NCBI GenBank assembly: GCA_013265495.1
Contig: MU057887.1
Location: 2,513,576 to 2,577,575 of the forward strand
DNA length: 64,000 bases
DNA from: Vicugna vicugna
Lineage: Eukaryota
Direction of reading: 5' to 3'
Shown: in pieces, positions 26,560 to 38,234 of the stretch
Layout of the letters: each line of letters begins with the position of its first letter
How positions within the stretch are numbered: position 1 is the first letter of the stretch
Program-made: the position numbers and the translations under genes
The notes under the pieces: model-generated
The model's database searches: none
What the model was told of the DNA's origin: nothing
What the model saw: the letters and a program-made list of their open reading frames with translations, nothing else

Positions 26560-26720
26560 CCCAGGAATTCTCCCACTTATTTATTTTCTCATCTGTTCAT
26601 TTATTCATCTTTCATTAATTCCAGGTGCATCAGGGGCCAGGCGTGGCTCCAGAGGATGGGGACAGGAAGCACCCATCAGAGCCCTGTCCCTGGCTATGTA
26701 CATGAGCACAGATTGCTATG
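26560..26720 (-). mobile_element. L2 3' end
   Basis: ttcatttattcatctttcatt...ccaggcgtggctccagaggatggggaca resembles the antisense L2 tail. Confidence 0.55.
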
Positions 26721-27269
26721 AATGGGGATCAAAGCAGGGGCAAAATAAACCAGGGGTCCTCAGCACACACTCCCATCCGTATGGGGGCTCGGTGCGCCCA
26801 TGGAAATGTGCGATGGTTTCCAGGGACCGCACAGCCTGGGAGGCAGGACTTGCAGGACGAGGCAGCCGGATGAGAAAAGAGCCCCCCGGGTCAGCGTTCC
26901 CATGTGCGAGCACAGGTGCCTGCTGACCTCAGGAACTGGCACTGGGGAACCAGGAGGCGGGGCAGTCGGGGGGCGGGGTGGTGGGACACCAGGATTGAGG
27001 CTCCAGAGACCTCAAAGAGGGGCAAACGTCAGTAAGAAAGTGACGACAATTATAAATTTCTAGGGAGACACTGACATCAACTGCGGGGTCAGCAAAGCCA
27101 CCGGGATGCGGGTGGCTTACCTCGAGCCTTGAAGTGAAGTGACTTTAGAGAAAGTCACAGGGCGTCGAAGCCCAGCCGCGGCTCTGAGCGCGTCTCCCTC
27201 AGCAAGAAGAGCCCTGGGTGCCAGTTTCTGGCAAGATCATATTGTTTTGTCAGTGTGTTTCTTTTCTAT

Positions 27270-27460
27270 TTTGTTTTATTTTATCTATTGAAGTACAGTT
27301 GATTTACAGCATTATGTCAGTTTCCGTGTACAGTAAAGTGACTCAGTTGCACATACACATATATGTTCTTGTTTACATTCTTTTTCATCGTAGGTCATTG
27401 CAAGTTAGTAAATACAGCCCCCCGTGCTGCGCAGTAGGACCTTGCTGTTCATCTGTTTTA
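27270..27460 (-). mobile_element. Truncated cetartiodactyl-type L1 3' end
   Basis: tattgaagtacagttgatttacagc...gtgtacagtaaagtgactcagtt...cagtaggaccttgctgtt. Confidence 0.85.
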
Positions 27461-27625
27461 CTCATGGGGGTTACTGGCGAGATCGTGATAAAGGGACATT
27501 CTCCTGGACCTGGGACTCTTTTTTAAGAAAATGAACACCCCCACCAAAAACAAATATTGCTAAAACCTCAAAATAAACACCTGAAATCAATGTCTTTGCA
27601 CTAATAGTTTTGTTGTTAAAAAATC

Positions 27626-27745
27626 AAGAATCTGAAGAGAAAACATATGGCTGTATGTGTACGTATAACTGAATCACTTTGCTGTACCCCTGAAACCAAC
27701 ATTGTATGTGAACTACACTTTAATAAAAATTTTAATAAAAAAACA
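27626..27745 (+). mobile_element. Truncated cetartiodactyl-type L1 3' end
   Basis: tataactgaatcactttgctgtacccctgaaaccaacattgta...taataaaaa. Confidence 0.85.
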
Positions 27746-28004
27746 GCAAATAACAAATAGTTGAGCAGATGAAGAAAAGTCAAACGTGATCATGCATGAT
27801 GTAGACCACAGCTGGACCATACCCAGTCACCACCCCTCCCCGCCCGGCAGGTCGGCCAGGTAACGCCGCAGCAAGCACGGTGCCGTCCAGAGGACCAGGC
27901 TTCCTCCAGAGGGGACGGAGCCCCCTGGCCCGGCTGCATCCGGCGTCCGCTCTCCATCACCCCTCCTCGGCATCCTGGCCACAGCCGCCCACATTTCATC
28001 CCTG

Positions 28005-28330
28005 CAGTTGAAATGTTATGGCAGAAATAACCATATTCGTGAAAAAGTACCATGTCCTGCCATAAAGCCAGATAAATACGAGGTTAAATTAAAAGTTGCG
28101 CGCTTGGTTTGGTCTTTACGGCTAATTTATGTGTCCGGCCTCCCGGCCCTTTATAGCACGTGGGCTGTAATAGATACCTCCCTCCACAGGTGCCCACTCC
28201 CGCTTGACATTGCTCGCTGGGTCGCTGGCAGGGCCCCCGCCTGGACACCTTGACGAATGGCCGAGCCGCCGCATGGGCCCCGCGCAAGGCAGCGCCGTAT
28301 AACTCAGCCGTAAAGATGCCTCCCTTCGGG
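28005..28330. promoter_or_regulatory. Candidate enhancer with Cdx/posterior-Hox motif cluster
   Basis: GCCATAAA 28059, TTTACGGC 28115, TTTATG 28126, TTTATAGC 28150, GCCGTAAA 28307. Not repeat-like. Confidence 0.5.
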
Positions 28331-28699
28331 TCCAAGTTCAGCTCTTCTCAGATTAAGCAACCTACAGGAAAGAGACATTCCGTGATTTGGAAACCTTGCT
28401 GTGATGTCTTCACAGCCTCGGTCAGGATTCGGAGACCCGGGATCTTGGAGTCGCCGGAGAGTCGTTTGCGGGTTGCTCCAGCCCCCCGGGGCCATGGGGG
28501 CCCTGTCTCCTCCTGAGCGTGGCCCTGAATCAATCCCTTCTGCCGTCCTGCACCATCCAGGGCCCTGTGGATGCTTTAGGACGTTATTCTAACTACTGAG
28601 TTGTTCCCACACACTCAAGCCCGCGTGGGGGGCAGGCTTTCTCGACGTGCCTCCTACAAGTAACAAAAGTGAGTAACAATAGTAACAATAGTAGCAGCA

Positions 28700-29350
28700 A
28701 CAACGAGAAGCCCGCGGCGGTGCCCAGACGCCCCGCAGCTCCCAGGACCCGCTGCCGCCCCCTGCCTCCCTACCCCTCCCGGGCCACCCGGGGGCGCTGG
28801 GCCACGGGCTCACGGGAGGAGCTGACTTGCTCCGTCTCACGAGGACAGAGGGCGGTGCTGGTGACGGGTTTTGAACTCCAGCTCTCTGGTTCCGTACGCG
28901 GGCCTTCTTTTTCAATTTCCAGTTGCTGGATAACACACACAAGGAGGCGTGAGAGCCCGTCTCTACGGATTTTCATAAAGAGAGCCACCCGTGTAGACCA
29001 CCCAGACCAGGGAGACAGAGCCCCGACAGCGTCCGGCCCTCCGAGGCGCCGCCCCAAAGCTCACCCGCGGCCCGACTTCCGACTCAGCAGACGTCCTGTC
29101 TCAGCTCCGAGGGCTGACTCGCCTCACGGCTCCCCGCGCAGACCCGTCTACACTGCTGCGCTTGGGGCCTGACTGGGCTGCTGGGTTCTCCTTGCCGGTC
29201 TGCATCGCACTGTACGGCAACGTCACAGCTACGGAGGTGAGTCTGCGTGGGAGGGAGACCGCCCGGTCCCTGGGACGTGGGTGCGGCTTTAGTTGAGTTT
29301 GCCCAAGACTTCCCACGGCGGCTTCGCGGTTACACACGCACCCTCAGCCA
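28700..29350. promoter_or_regulatory. CpG island with CTCF-like motif and strong splice donor
   Basis: GGGCCACCCGGGGGCGCTG at 28781-28799 and GAG|GTGAGT at 29237. Confidence 0.45.
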
Positions 29351-31899
29351 CTGCTCAGCACAGGCCCCGAAGTTCCAGGCGACACTGCAACTTTGTGCCC
29401 AGCCAGGAGCTCTCCCGACCTGGCCCCCAGCTTCCTCTCCTGCCCCTTGAATTTGAACAGCTCCCAACAGAAAAAGGAAACAGGACGCAGAGTCTCTGGG
29501 GAAGCCAGCGCCTGGCCGGTTTCACACATCCTGCCTGTTGGGTCCCCCCAGACCCTTCCCTCTCTGTGTGTGACTCTGACATTTAAATTGGGTCCCATCC
29601 CCTGAGCAGAGGCAAGAAAGGAGAGAGGGCAGGACCTGGGACTGTCCTGAGACCTGCCACAGGGACAGTTCATTTAAGTCCTGTGACAGAGCCCCTCCAA
29701 ACCCTGTGGCTGAGGACAGCACACACCGTGGACTTCCCATAGGTCTGAGTCGGCTTGGCCTCTCTGGATGGCTCTGCCCACATGCCTGTCGTCCTCCAGG
29801 GGGGCCAGCAGCCCAGGATGTGCTCATGATGGGGGCAGAGGAGGGAGAGCAGACAGGTCCAGCTGGAAACATTCTGCAAGGTCTGAGGGTCAGCTGAGGG
29901 GTCCCACTGGCCACAGCCGTCCACGTGCTCGGTCTGCCTACGGGGGATGCACGGAGAGTGAGTGGCAGACTGCACGGCCACGGGGCTGGGGGGAGGAATC
30001 GGGGTCAATTTCCATGTGCCCCTGGCCCTCAAGTGGTAGGGGGTCAGCGGAACACCAGTCTCATTTGCTGATGGAGCCGCGGCGAGAAGGGATTGCTGCC
30101 GACAGCGGAGTGGAGTAGAAAGAGGGAGATGATTATTGTCGCGGGGTGGAGGTGAGGACGAGGGGGATTAGCAGGGGCACCTGGCTGGGGCCAGCAACGC
30201 CCCGTTTATAATCCCCCGGGCAGGGAGATTCAGACCCAGCCGGGGGGCTGAGTGGGACAGGGAGGCAGCGGCAAGGGCTCACCTCCCCGCAGGCGCCCCT
30301 CTGTGTCCAGGAGGCTGAGCACGTGGAGGAAGACGCTCCTCCCATCAGAATCGCACACCTCCTGAACCTGCATTTCTACGCTGCGTTTCATCCCTGACAC
30401 CACCGTTCCTGGCTCACCCTCTCTCCGGCGGGGCTCAGATGGAAAACGTCATATCACCGTTTTTCTTCACATCTAATTACAGGCGCAGAAGGTGGAGGTT
30501 GTCAGGCTTGAAATCAAACAGGCCTCCCCTGCCCACCGCGCGCCGGCTCCCAAGGGCGCACATCTGTGGGTGCCTGCGGGCAAGGTCAGAGGCCAGCAAG
30601 GGTCTCGGCAGATGTCGGCAGGTCACCAGGAGTCTGCACATCAGGGTCAGCTCGTTGGGACCTCAGGAGAGCGGCAACCGGGGGAGACCTTTCTCTTTCG
30701 ACAGCTTTTGGGAGAGAAAGGACCACAGGGTTGTGCTGTGTGGACCGCAGGGCTCAGCCGACAGCGGAGGTGGGGCTGCTCCCCCGTCCAGGGAGCAGGG
30801 GCAGGGGCCGCGCACGCGTGGAGCTCCCGTACCCGTGTCTATTGGAGACGGCAGGCTTTGTGTAAAAGCAAGTACCCTGTGGTCTGTCTTGATCAGACCT
30901 CTCGCAAAGCTGAGTCTGCAGAGGCTGGTGAAGGCGAGTCACCTGAAGGAGGGGACGTGGCGACATTGGAAGCAAGGGGGGACTCTGCCCTGGGAGGGGA
31001 CCCTGTGGACCGTGCCAGCCCTCTCACCAGGGAACAGGTGTCTGGCTGTCACAGGACACTTGGCCGTGGGAGCGAGAGGAGCGGGGTTGACCCCAAAGAG
31101 GGGAGGGGATTAGAGTTCATGGACTGAGACCCCGTGCAGCCATGTGGAGACGCATTTACTGAAGTTCCACAGGGATTCCACTGGTGGAGGAGAGACTGGA
31201 TGTGGGAGGAGGCTGGGGTCACAGGCTGTGGACACATCAGAGCACCACAGGGCCACCAAGCCATACATGTCGGCCCCAGATGTTGTCCCAGGAGTCGAAT
31301 CACCCATCACCCCTGAGCAAACAGTAGGTTCAGAGGGACCGAGGTAGGAGCAAAGCGAAACATTCCACACAGGGACACAGGTATCTGCAAAGCAAAGGGA
31401 AATAGGACGTTTCCTCAGAGAAAGATAAGAGATTATACTTTTGAGTGTAACCTACTAAGGGAAAGAAAAACGTGAGCACGTTAAGCAACGTTAGCGGGAT
31501 GGTAGCAGGAGGAAGGAACACGGGCCCTGAGGACGTGCGGGCCGGGCCGGACGGCAGGTGTGGGGGCCTGGGCGTGGGCCTCGAGACCCCGCGCCCCTCC
31601 CCGCGCTCCGCCCCCCACCCTGGGAAGCGCCGCTCCCAGGCGCGTGAGGCTGACAGCGATGGCCTCCCGGGGCGTGAAGGTGAGAGGCGGGTGAGCCGTC
31701 CGTTCCTAACAGGGGCTGTAACCACCGGAAGGGAACCAGGCTAGAAGAGACATCAGTGCGAGGCTGGGTGCCCTCAGGGACCTCATAAAACAAGCTGAAC
31801 ACACACAAGCACTCCAGGTGTGACACAGGTGGTTGGCACCAAGGTGAAAGGTGGGCTGTGGGGTCGTGACGAATGCTGCCTAATATCCTTGCACTTTTG

Positions 31900-33240
31900 G
31901 AGGGTGGAAGAAAGATGTTAACTTTAGACTTACAGCCCAAAGTGGTGAAAAGTTAAGGACAACCATCAAACTTTTTAAAATGAAATGTGTAACTTTTAAA
32001 TCACGAACAAAAAGGAGGGAAAGGAGTTAATTAAATTAAACCAACACACCAAGGTCTGCTGACCCTCAGACCTTGCAGAAAATAAAATCAAGAAACAAAA
32101 GGCCACTGTGGCAAATGGAAAGCACAGCCTAGAAAGGTAGGCATGAATCCCAAGAGCACAACCATTTACATTCGCAGAAAAGGACTGAGTTCACGACACA
32201 CTGTCCTATGCGAAAAAACGCCCCCCAAAACAGGCGTCCACCCCGGAGACACTGCAAGGTCGGCAGTGTGGGAACAGACATAGTCTACCCCAAGCCAAAA
32301 ATCAAAATTAAAAATAAAGCTCAGAAAGAGCCAGTGTAAACACACTGATATCACATAAGACAAGCCTGAAGGCAAGAATCAGCAATGAGGAGGGCGACTC
32401 TGCAACCACTGAAGGACAGACGCGTGAGAGTAAGAGCACTCCCGAATCACCGCACCTACGAATATGTCCTCGAACTAGATACAGCAGATGTGCGCGGCGT
32501 TTCAGGAGATTCTGAGACACACACACTCACGTGCCTCGTCACTCACTAGGTAACCGAGCGAGCAGACTGACACCCGCTACGGACGCAGAACGAGCGTCAG
32601 GCCCGCCTGTCATGTAAGTGAAGTTTTACTGGTGACAGTGACCCTCGCTTATGTATCGTTGCCCGTGACTGCGTTCAAGCTACCACGAGAGAGCGGGGCA
32701 GCCGTGACAGAGACCACATGGGCACCAGGCTGGAAGTACTACCGTCCACCCCTCACAGGAAGGGTCTGCCCGCCCCCGACACAGACGACGGGCGGGCAGT
32801 GACGAGGATGCCGTCAGCCCGGCAGCACTGAGCCGCGCCGGCCACGGCCAGGAGGACGCCCTCTCCTCCAGAGCACACGGAAGTCACAGACTCCACCGCG
32901 TTCCGCGCCACGAGGGAGGCTCAAAACCACTAGAAAATCAGTGCCACAGAGACCATGTTCTCAGACAGCAATTCAAAAAAAATGTATTTCCAAATGATTT
33001 GTGGGTGAAGGGAGACAGGCGAATGGAAAAAAGAACACATCAGAAGCTAAAAAGTAATGATAATGCTACTTACCACACGGTGGGCGGTGCTGGTAAATCA
33101 GGGAGTGGAAGGAAATGACTACGTTCAACAAGGAAAAAATGTCAAAATTAATGACTGAGATGTCCTCCTCAAAAAATTAGAAAAAGAACAAGATAAATCC
33201 AAAGAAGGTGGAAGGGGGAGATGACTTTAACTAGCATGCA
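31900..33240 (+). mobile_element. Old L1 ORF2 relic interrupted by MER58
   Basis: accatgttctcagacagcaatt...aaaaaattagaaaaagaacaa...aaatccaaagaagg is L1 ORF2-like. Confidence 0.65.
32560..32779. mobile_element. MER58A-like hAT-Charlie DNA transposon, GC-shifted
   Basis: gtaagtgaagttttactgg...gacagagaccacatgg...ctcacaggaagggtctgcccgcccccg follows the recalled MER58A consensus. Confidence 0.7.
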
Positions 33241-33420
33241 GACCGGGGCGTCATTACGAGGACACGGTGGCAAAAGTCTGGGGTCTGCAGGTGTGGCCTT
33301 TCCAGACCCGGCACTGATCGTGATGCAGAACAAGGTGCCCTGGGACGTGCACGCCTCCGAGGTGTGAGCGGAGGGCGTGTCCTGTCATTCTGCACAGACC
33401 AGGACCGTCAAGTCTAAAAG

Positions 33421-33474
33421 CAGGATGGATGCACGCCCTACAGAGGCCAGGATGGATGCACGCCCTACAGAGCC
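33421..33474. repeat. 27-bp tandem duplication
   Basis: caggatggatgcacgccctacagaggc followed by caggatggatgcacgccctacagagcc. Confidence 0.95.
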
Positions 33475-33475
33475 C

Positions 33476-33925
33476 TGCTGCTGGGGAGTGACTTCCGTCC
33501 CCCCCAGAAGACACGCTGAACCCCTGACCCCGGCACGGTGGAGAGCGCCTCATTTGGAATCAGTCCTTAAGGAGGAAACCAAATTACAGTGAGGGCATCG
33601 GGGTGGCCGTGAATCCGATATGCCTATATCCTGATGAAAAGGGGGAAATCGGACACAGACAGACACACTGGGGGGGAGACAGCCTTGCAAGGATGGGGGC
33701 GGCCGTGATGCCCCCACGAGCCCCGAGCCGCCTCGGTCACCGCAGCACTGCTGGGAAGGGGCAGGAGGGGGTCCTTTCCCTGCAGGTCTCAGAGGGAACG
33801 AGGTCCTGCCGACCCGTCGCTTTTGGAATTCTAGCCCCCAGAGCTGTGAGACCAGACGTGTTTGTGGTTCTTCGCTGCCCGGTCGTGGCTCTTTGTCTCA
33901 GCTCTTTGTCTTTGCTGGACTAATG
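33476..33925 (+). mobile_element. MLT1 (MaLR) LTR
   Basis: aaaagggggaaatcggacacagacagacac...ttctagcccccagagctgtgagac. Confidence 0.8.
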
Positions 33926-35879
33926 TGTGATCGCCAGGCCTGGAGACAGGCGTGGGCTCTGGGGCCCTCAGTGAGGCCCCTCCTTTGTGGTGTTGGGGGC
34001 ATCTCTCGGGGCCAGGATGGAGACAAAGTCATCTCTCTCACCCTCTTCCCCGCCTCAGTGCTCTCAGGATTTTAACGTGATGCACATTGCACCTACTCCT
34101 CTGGTCCTTTGTCTTCCCAACTGTGGTGTGGGCCACACGAGGGCCATCTGTCCCCTCTTGACTAGAACCCTGGAACCTGGTAATAGCACCATAAACGCTG
34201 GCCAATAAGTAATAGCATGAATAAACAGGTACTTCTCTCAAACTCTCTTTTTAAAAAAAAAGGCTAGAATACAGTAATCGTAAAGGCCACGTGGCACAAT
34301 CAATGTCCAAAGTCAGCTCGGGGAATATTGACAAAAAATAATGAGAAAGCGCTCCGTACACCAGCCGCCTGCCGCAAAGCCATTGTCATTACTTAGGACC
34401 TGAAATGGCATAAAAGTAGACACGCACAGAGACGGGTGGGCTAGAACGAGATCCAGGAATAGAATGCAGTATTTTGAGGAATTGAATATAAGGCCAAGAA
34501 AGTCTCTGAAATCGGTGTAAAAATGATGGTTTGTCATCCAGACAGAAGAAAATACAGCTGCGCTCTCACTTCACACCCTACAGAAAAGCAAATTAAAATG
34601 AAAAAGGAAAATCTGAGAATAAAACTTTGGAAACTATGCTTATACATCCTGAGTGTCAGGGCGTCAGTAATGCCTTTCCCTCCAAAAAACAAACATAAAC
34701 AACAACAACAACAAAAAACCCCAAACTAACAATAAGAACAGAGCTAATTGCATCCTGGGCCAAAAAAGAAGGAAAGGCCTATTCACTTGTTGTGCCGGAG
34801 ACTGTGAAGACAGAAGTGCACGGGTCTGTCCACATTCTCCCACTCTTGGCCCAAAGAGAAAGCGTGCTTAAAAGCACGAGGACTCCGCGCATCGGACGAG
34901 GCTGACTCAGGTTGTAGCCGCCCCGTCGGGGGGGTCCTGCGGTGTCAGCCACAGGAGCCGAGTGCCGGCGACCACGGCGGGGAGGGGCTGGCATGTCCAG
35001 CCCAGCCCTTACTCTGCCCTTTGGGATTTCCTGTCCAAGAGACAGTCTCAGTACTCAGACCAGGGGCACTCACCGGCCACGTAGTCCCGACCACAACGGC
35101 GCCCACAGCCAGGCGCTGACCCCCCTCTCCACCCCGCGGAGACACCGCCCTGCTCTGCTGCTTCTCCCTGTGCCTTACACCGGAGGACTCGTCCTCCAGC
35201 GGCTTCTTTGAGAATGGTGAGGCTTTATTTATAATCAGCTCAATTCCTTTTCCTTTATAGGGAGAAACGTTGAAAGTTTCGCAAATCAATACCTTTTCCT
35301 CTCTAGGTTGTGTGGATCAGCACCAAATTATCTCAGTGTTGTGACACACACTTTAATAACGGACACCCAGGCTCCAAGCACATCAGTGTGACCGCAGCTT
35401 TGATTTTCCAGCAAAAGAAAACCAGCATTATTCTGCAGAATAACTTTTGCCATGTCTAGTCTCATGTATTCCTTTACCTTTCTCACTCTTCAGGGAGCTA
35501 TAAATCCATGAGCTGAATTTTTAAATTGTATTAACACAACTAAATGGGATATTTCTTAATATGCCTATAATCTTGTCTTTTCGCAGTCAAGTCCTCTAAG
35601 ATAATGTCAGCGAAAAACGGTTCCATCCTATGGAGAATTACTGTAGACAGCAGAGCATGGGCCCGAGAACCCACCTTCCAGGTCTGAGTGACTGTTATTT
35701 TGCCGACATTACTCCACGTCGGGGAGAAGAGTCCTTCCCCACCCTGCCGTGGTGCAGGGTAAAGAGGGTCAGGATTCAGGTGGCGGAACTGAAGTGGTGG
35801 GTTCATTGCGCTTGAAAGCTGGGCTGGAGGAGCCGCTGTCACAGGTGAGCGCGTACGTGGCTTTGCTAAGGCTGCCTGG

Positions 35880-36285
35880 ATTGGCCGCAGCCCTCCCACT
35901 CGGTGGAATAGCACTTGGCCATGAAAAGGGATGAAGTACTGGTACTTGCAACATGGATGGATCTTAAACACTTTACACTTAGTAAAGAAGACAGTCCCGA
36001 AAGGTTGCATGTCACAGGACTCCGTTTATATGAAACACCCAGAATACGCAAACCCGCACAGATAGAGAACAGGTTAGTGGTCTCCAGGGGCCGGGGTCGG
36101 GAGTGAAGGCAGACTGATGGCTACTGGGCGCAAGGTTTCCTTCTGAGATGATGAAATGCTCTAACAAAGATTAGTTGTGATGCTATATAGCTCTATGAAT
36201 ACACCAAAATCCACTGACCTGTTGACTTTAAAGGATTGACCTTTGCGTTGTCTGTATTATATCTCAATAAAATTGTTATAAAAAG
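35880..36285 (+). mobile_element. L1MB-like 3' UTR end
   Basis: gatgaagtactggtacttgcaacatggatggatctt...tatatctcaataaaattgtt. Confidence 0.85.
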
Positions 36286-36379
36286 AGCTGTGACTAAATT
36301 GTTCAAAGCTAGTGACTGCGCCCTTCACAAGTAGACATGGAAATATTGTGGCAATTAAGTGCCCCACACAAAAACACAC

Positions 36380-38080
36380 AGATAGCTTAAGATGATGCAT
36401 ACTGGAATAGATTATATGATTTCTGGCTTCATGCTGGTGAAGTAGCTTATACTGGGCTAATGTTCTCATCAATAAAATTATTATGAACTCTGGGCCAGTT
36501 GTAAACATAAACATCGAGATAATTATAAAGACAACTGTTTTATGACATTACAAAGTGCAGCCAAAAGCAGGCAGAATATGGATACGTTCAATGCTGAACA
36601 AAAGGGAAACACAGGGTGATATCCACGTTTAACCGGATGAATATAAAGGACTGTTTCTGTTTTTTCATAAATTGTTTAAAGAAATGAACATTTAAACAAA
36701 CACACGATGATCTGTTTGATGTTTATAGCATATATGCAAGTAAAATATGTAACGAGAACAAAACAGGCAGGCAGGCTGAAGAGAAGGCTCCTGCATTCTT
36801 TCAATTCAGAGAAACGATCATAAATTAAGGATGGGTTTTGCAATCTCTAGAGCAAGCAGTAAGAGAGAAAGAAAGAGGTGTGATAAAAAACCAGTTGAGG
36901 GCATAGAACAGAACACAAAAATACTTGACTAAACCAAAAAACAAAAGAACAGGAAAAGAAGAACCAAGAAGCAAAGAGCAGAGGATTGTTAGGGGAAAAA
37001 ATCAAGCTGGTGCACACAACCCATACACCTCTATCATTACATTAAATGTAAATGGACCAAACACTCTAATCACAAATCAAAGTTTGTCAGACTAGGTAAA
37101 AAACGTAAGATATGCATAGGCTGTCTACAAGAGGGCTGCTCTAAATGAAAAGACACAGACAGGATGAAAGTAAAGGATGGGAGAAGACATGACATGCAGG
37201 CAATAAGTAGAAGACACGTGGCTGTTTTAATATCAGATCCAGCAGACTTCAAAGAGAAGAGTGTTAGGGAAATGAAGAGGGTCATTTCAGAGTGAAAATT
37301 GGAAAAGTGCATTAAGACGTTAAAAAACACAAACCAAAATCTAACATGCATGCATCTAATGACAAAGCTACAAAATAAGTGAGGGAAACAGTGACAGAAT
37401 AAAGAGAGAAAAAGACAACGCCATAGTAACAGTTGGAAATGCTAACACCTCTCTGTCAGCAGTTGATAGACAAACAAGGTAAAAACACAGCGTGAAAAAA
37501 GCCAGATCTGAACAGCACAGTTCAGTTAGCCCCCTGGACTGAACTGGCATTTCTAGAGCACACACCCAGCAGCTGCAAACACACCCTCTCTTCCGGTGCG
37601 CGTGACACGTTCCCCAGGACAGGCCGACTGCAGGGCTGCAAAACCAGCCACGATAAATGTCAGCCGAATCAAAGCATGCAGTGTTTACAAGATGAAAATT
37701 CAATTAAAATTCCTAATGACAGTGTATCTAGAAAAATCCGCTACACTATCGAGATGAAAACTCCCTCTAACTGATCTATAAATTGAAAATAACCCCAAGC
37801 AGAATCTCGAGAGTTCTTCTTAACAGAAATTGACAGGTTGAAGCTAAAATAGAAATAGAAATGTTAAGGTCCGCGATAGCTGGTGAAACTTTGAAAGAGA
37901 ACACATTTGGAGGATTTACACCCCCTTGATTCAAAATTTAATACTAAGCTACAGCAGGCAACATAATGTGGTGGAGTCTCAAGCAGACACCAGCAGAAAA
38001 AAAAGGAGCAGAGCAGAGGCCGGGTAGGGACCCACGTGGATGTCAGCAACTGGATTTTGGCAAAGGTGCTACTGTAGATT
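36380..38080 (+). mobile_element. Old L1 relic (inter-ORF plus ORF2 endonuclease region)
   Basis: atcattacattaaatgtaaatgga (IITLNVNG, ORF2 start) near 37034, and AIVTVGNANTSL (37420-37455) versus the IIVGDFNTPL motif. Confidence 0.85.
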
Positions 38081-38234
38081 TTCCTACTAGTCATTAATTC
38101 TAACATAACTGGAATTAATTTTGATGTTATAGAGAAGTAAGATCATAACTCTCTTTCCTCAATGCACTAACCAATTACCCTAGAACATCTCAGTGCAAAA
38201 TCCAAACTTTTCACAAATATGTACGTAGTTCCAT

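Noticed and set aside
28668..28704. AGTAACAAT short repeats / poly-Asn-Ser ORF start
   Set aside because: A tiny low-complexity repeat with no coding support.
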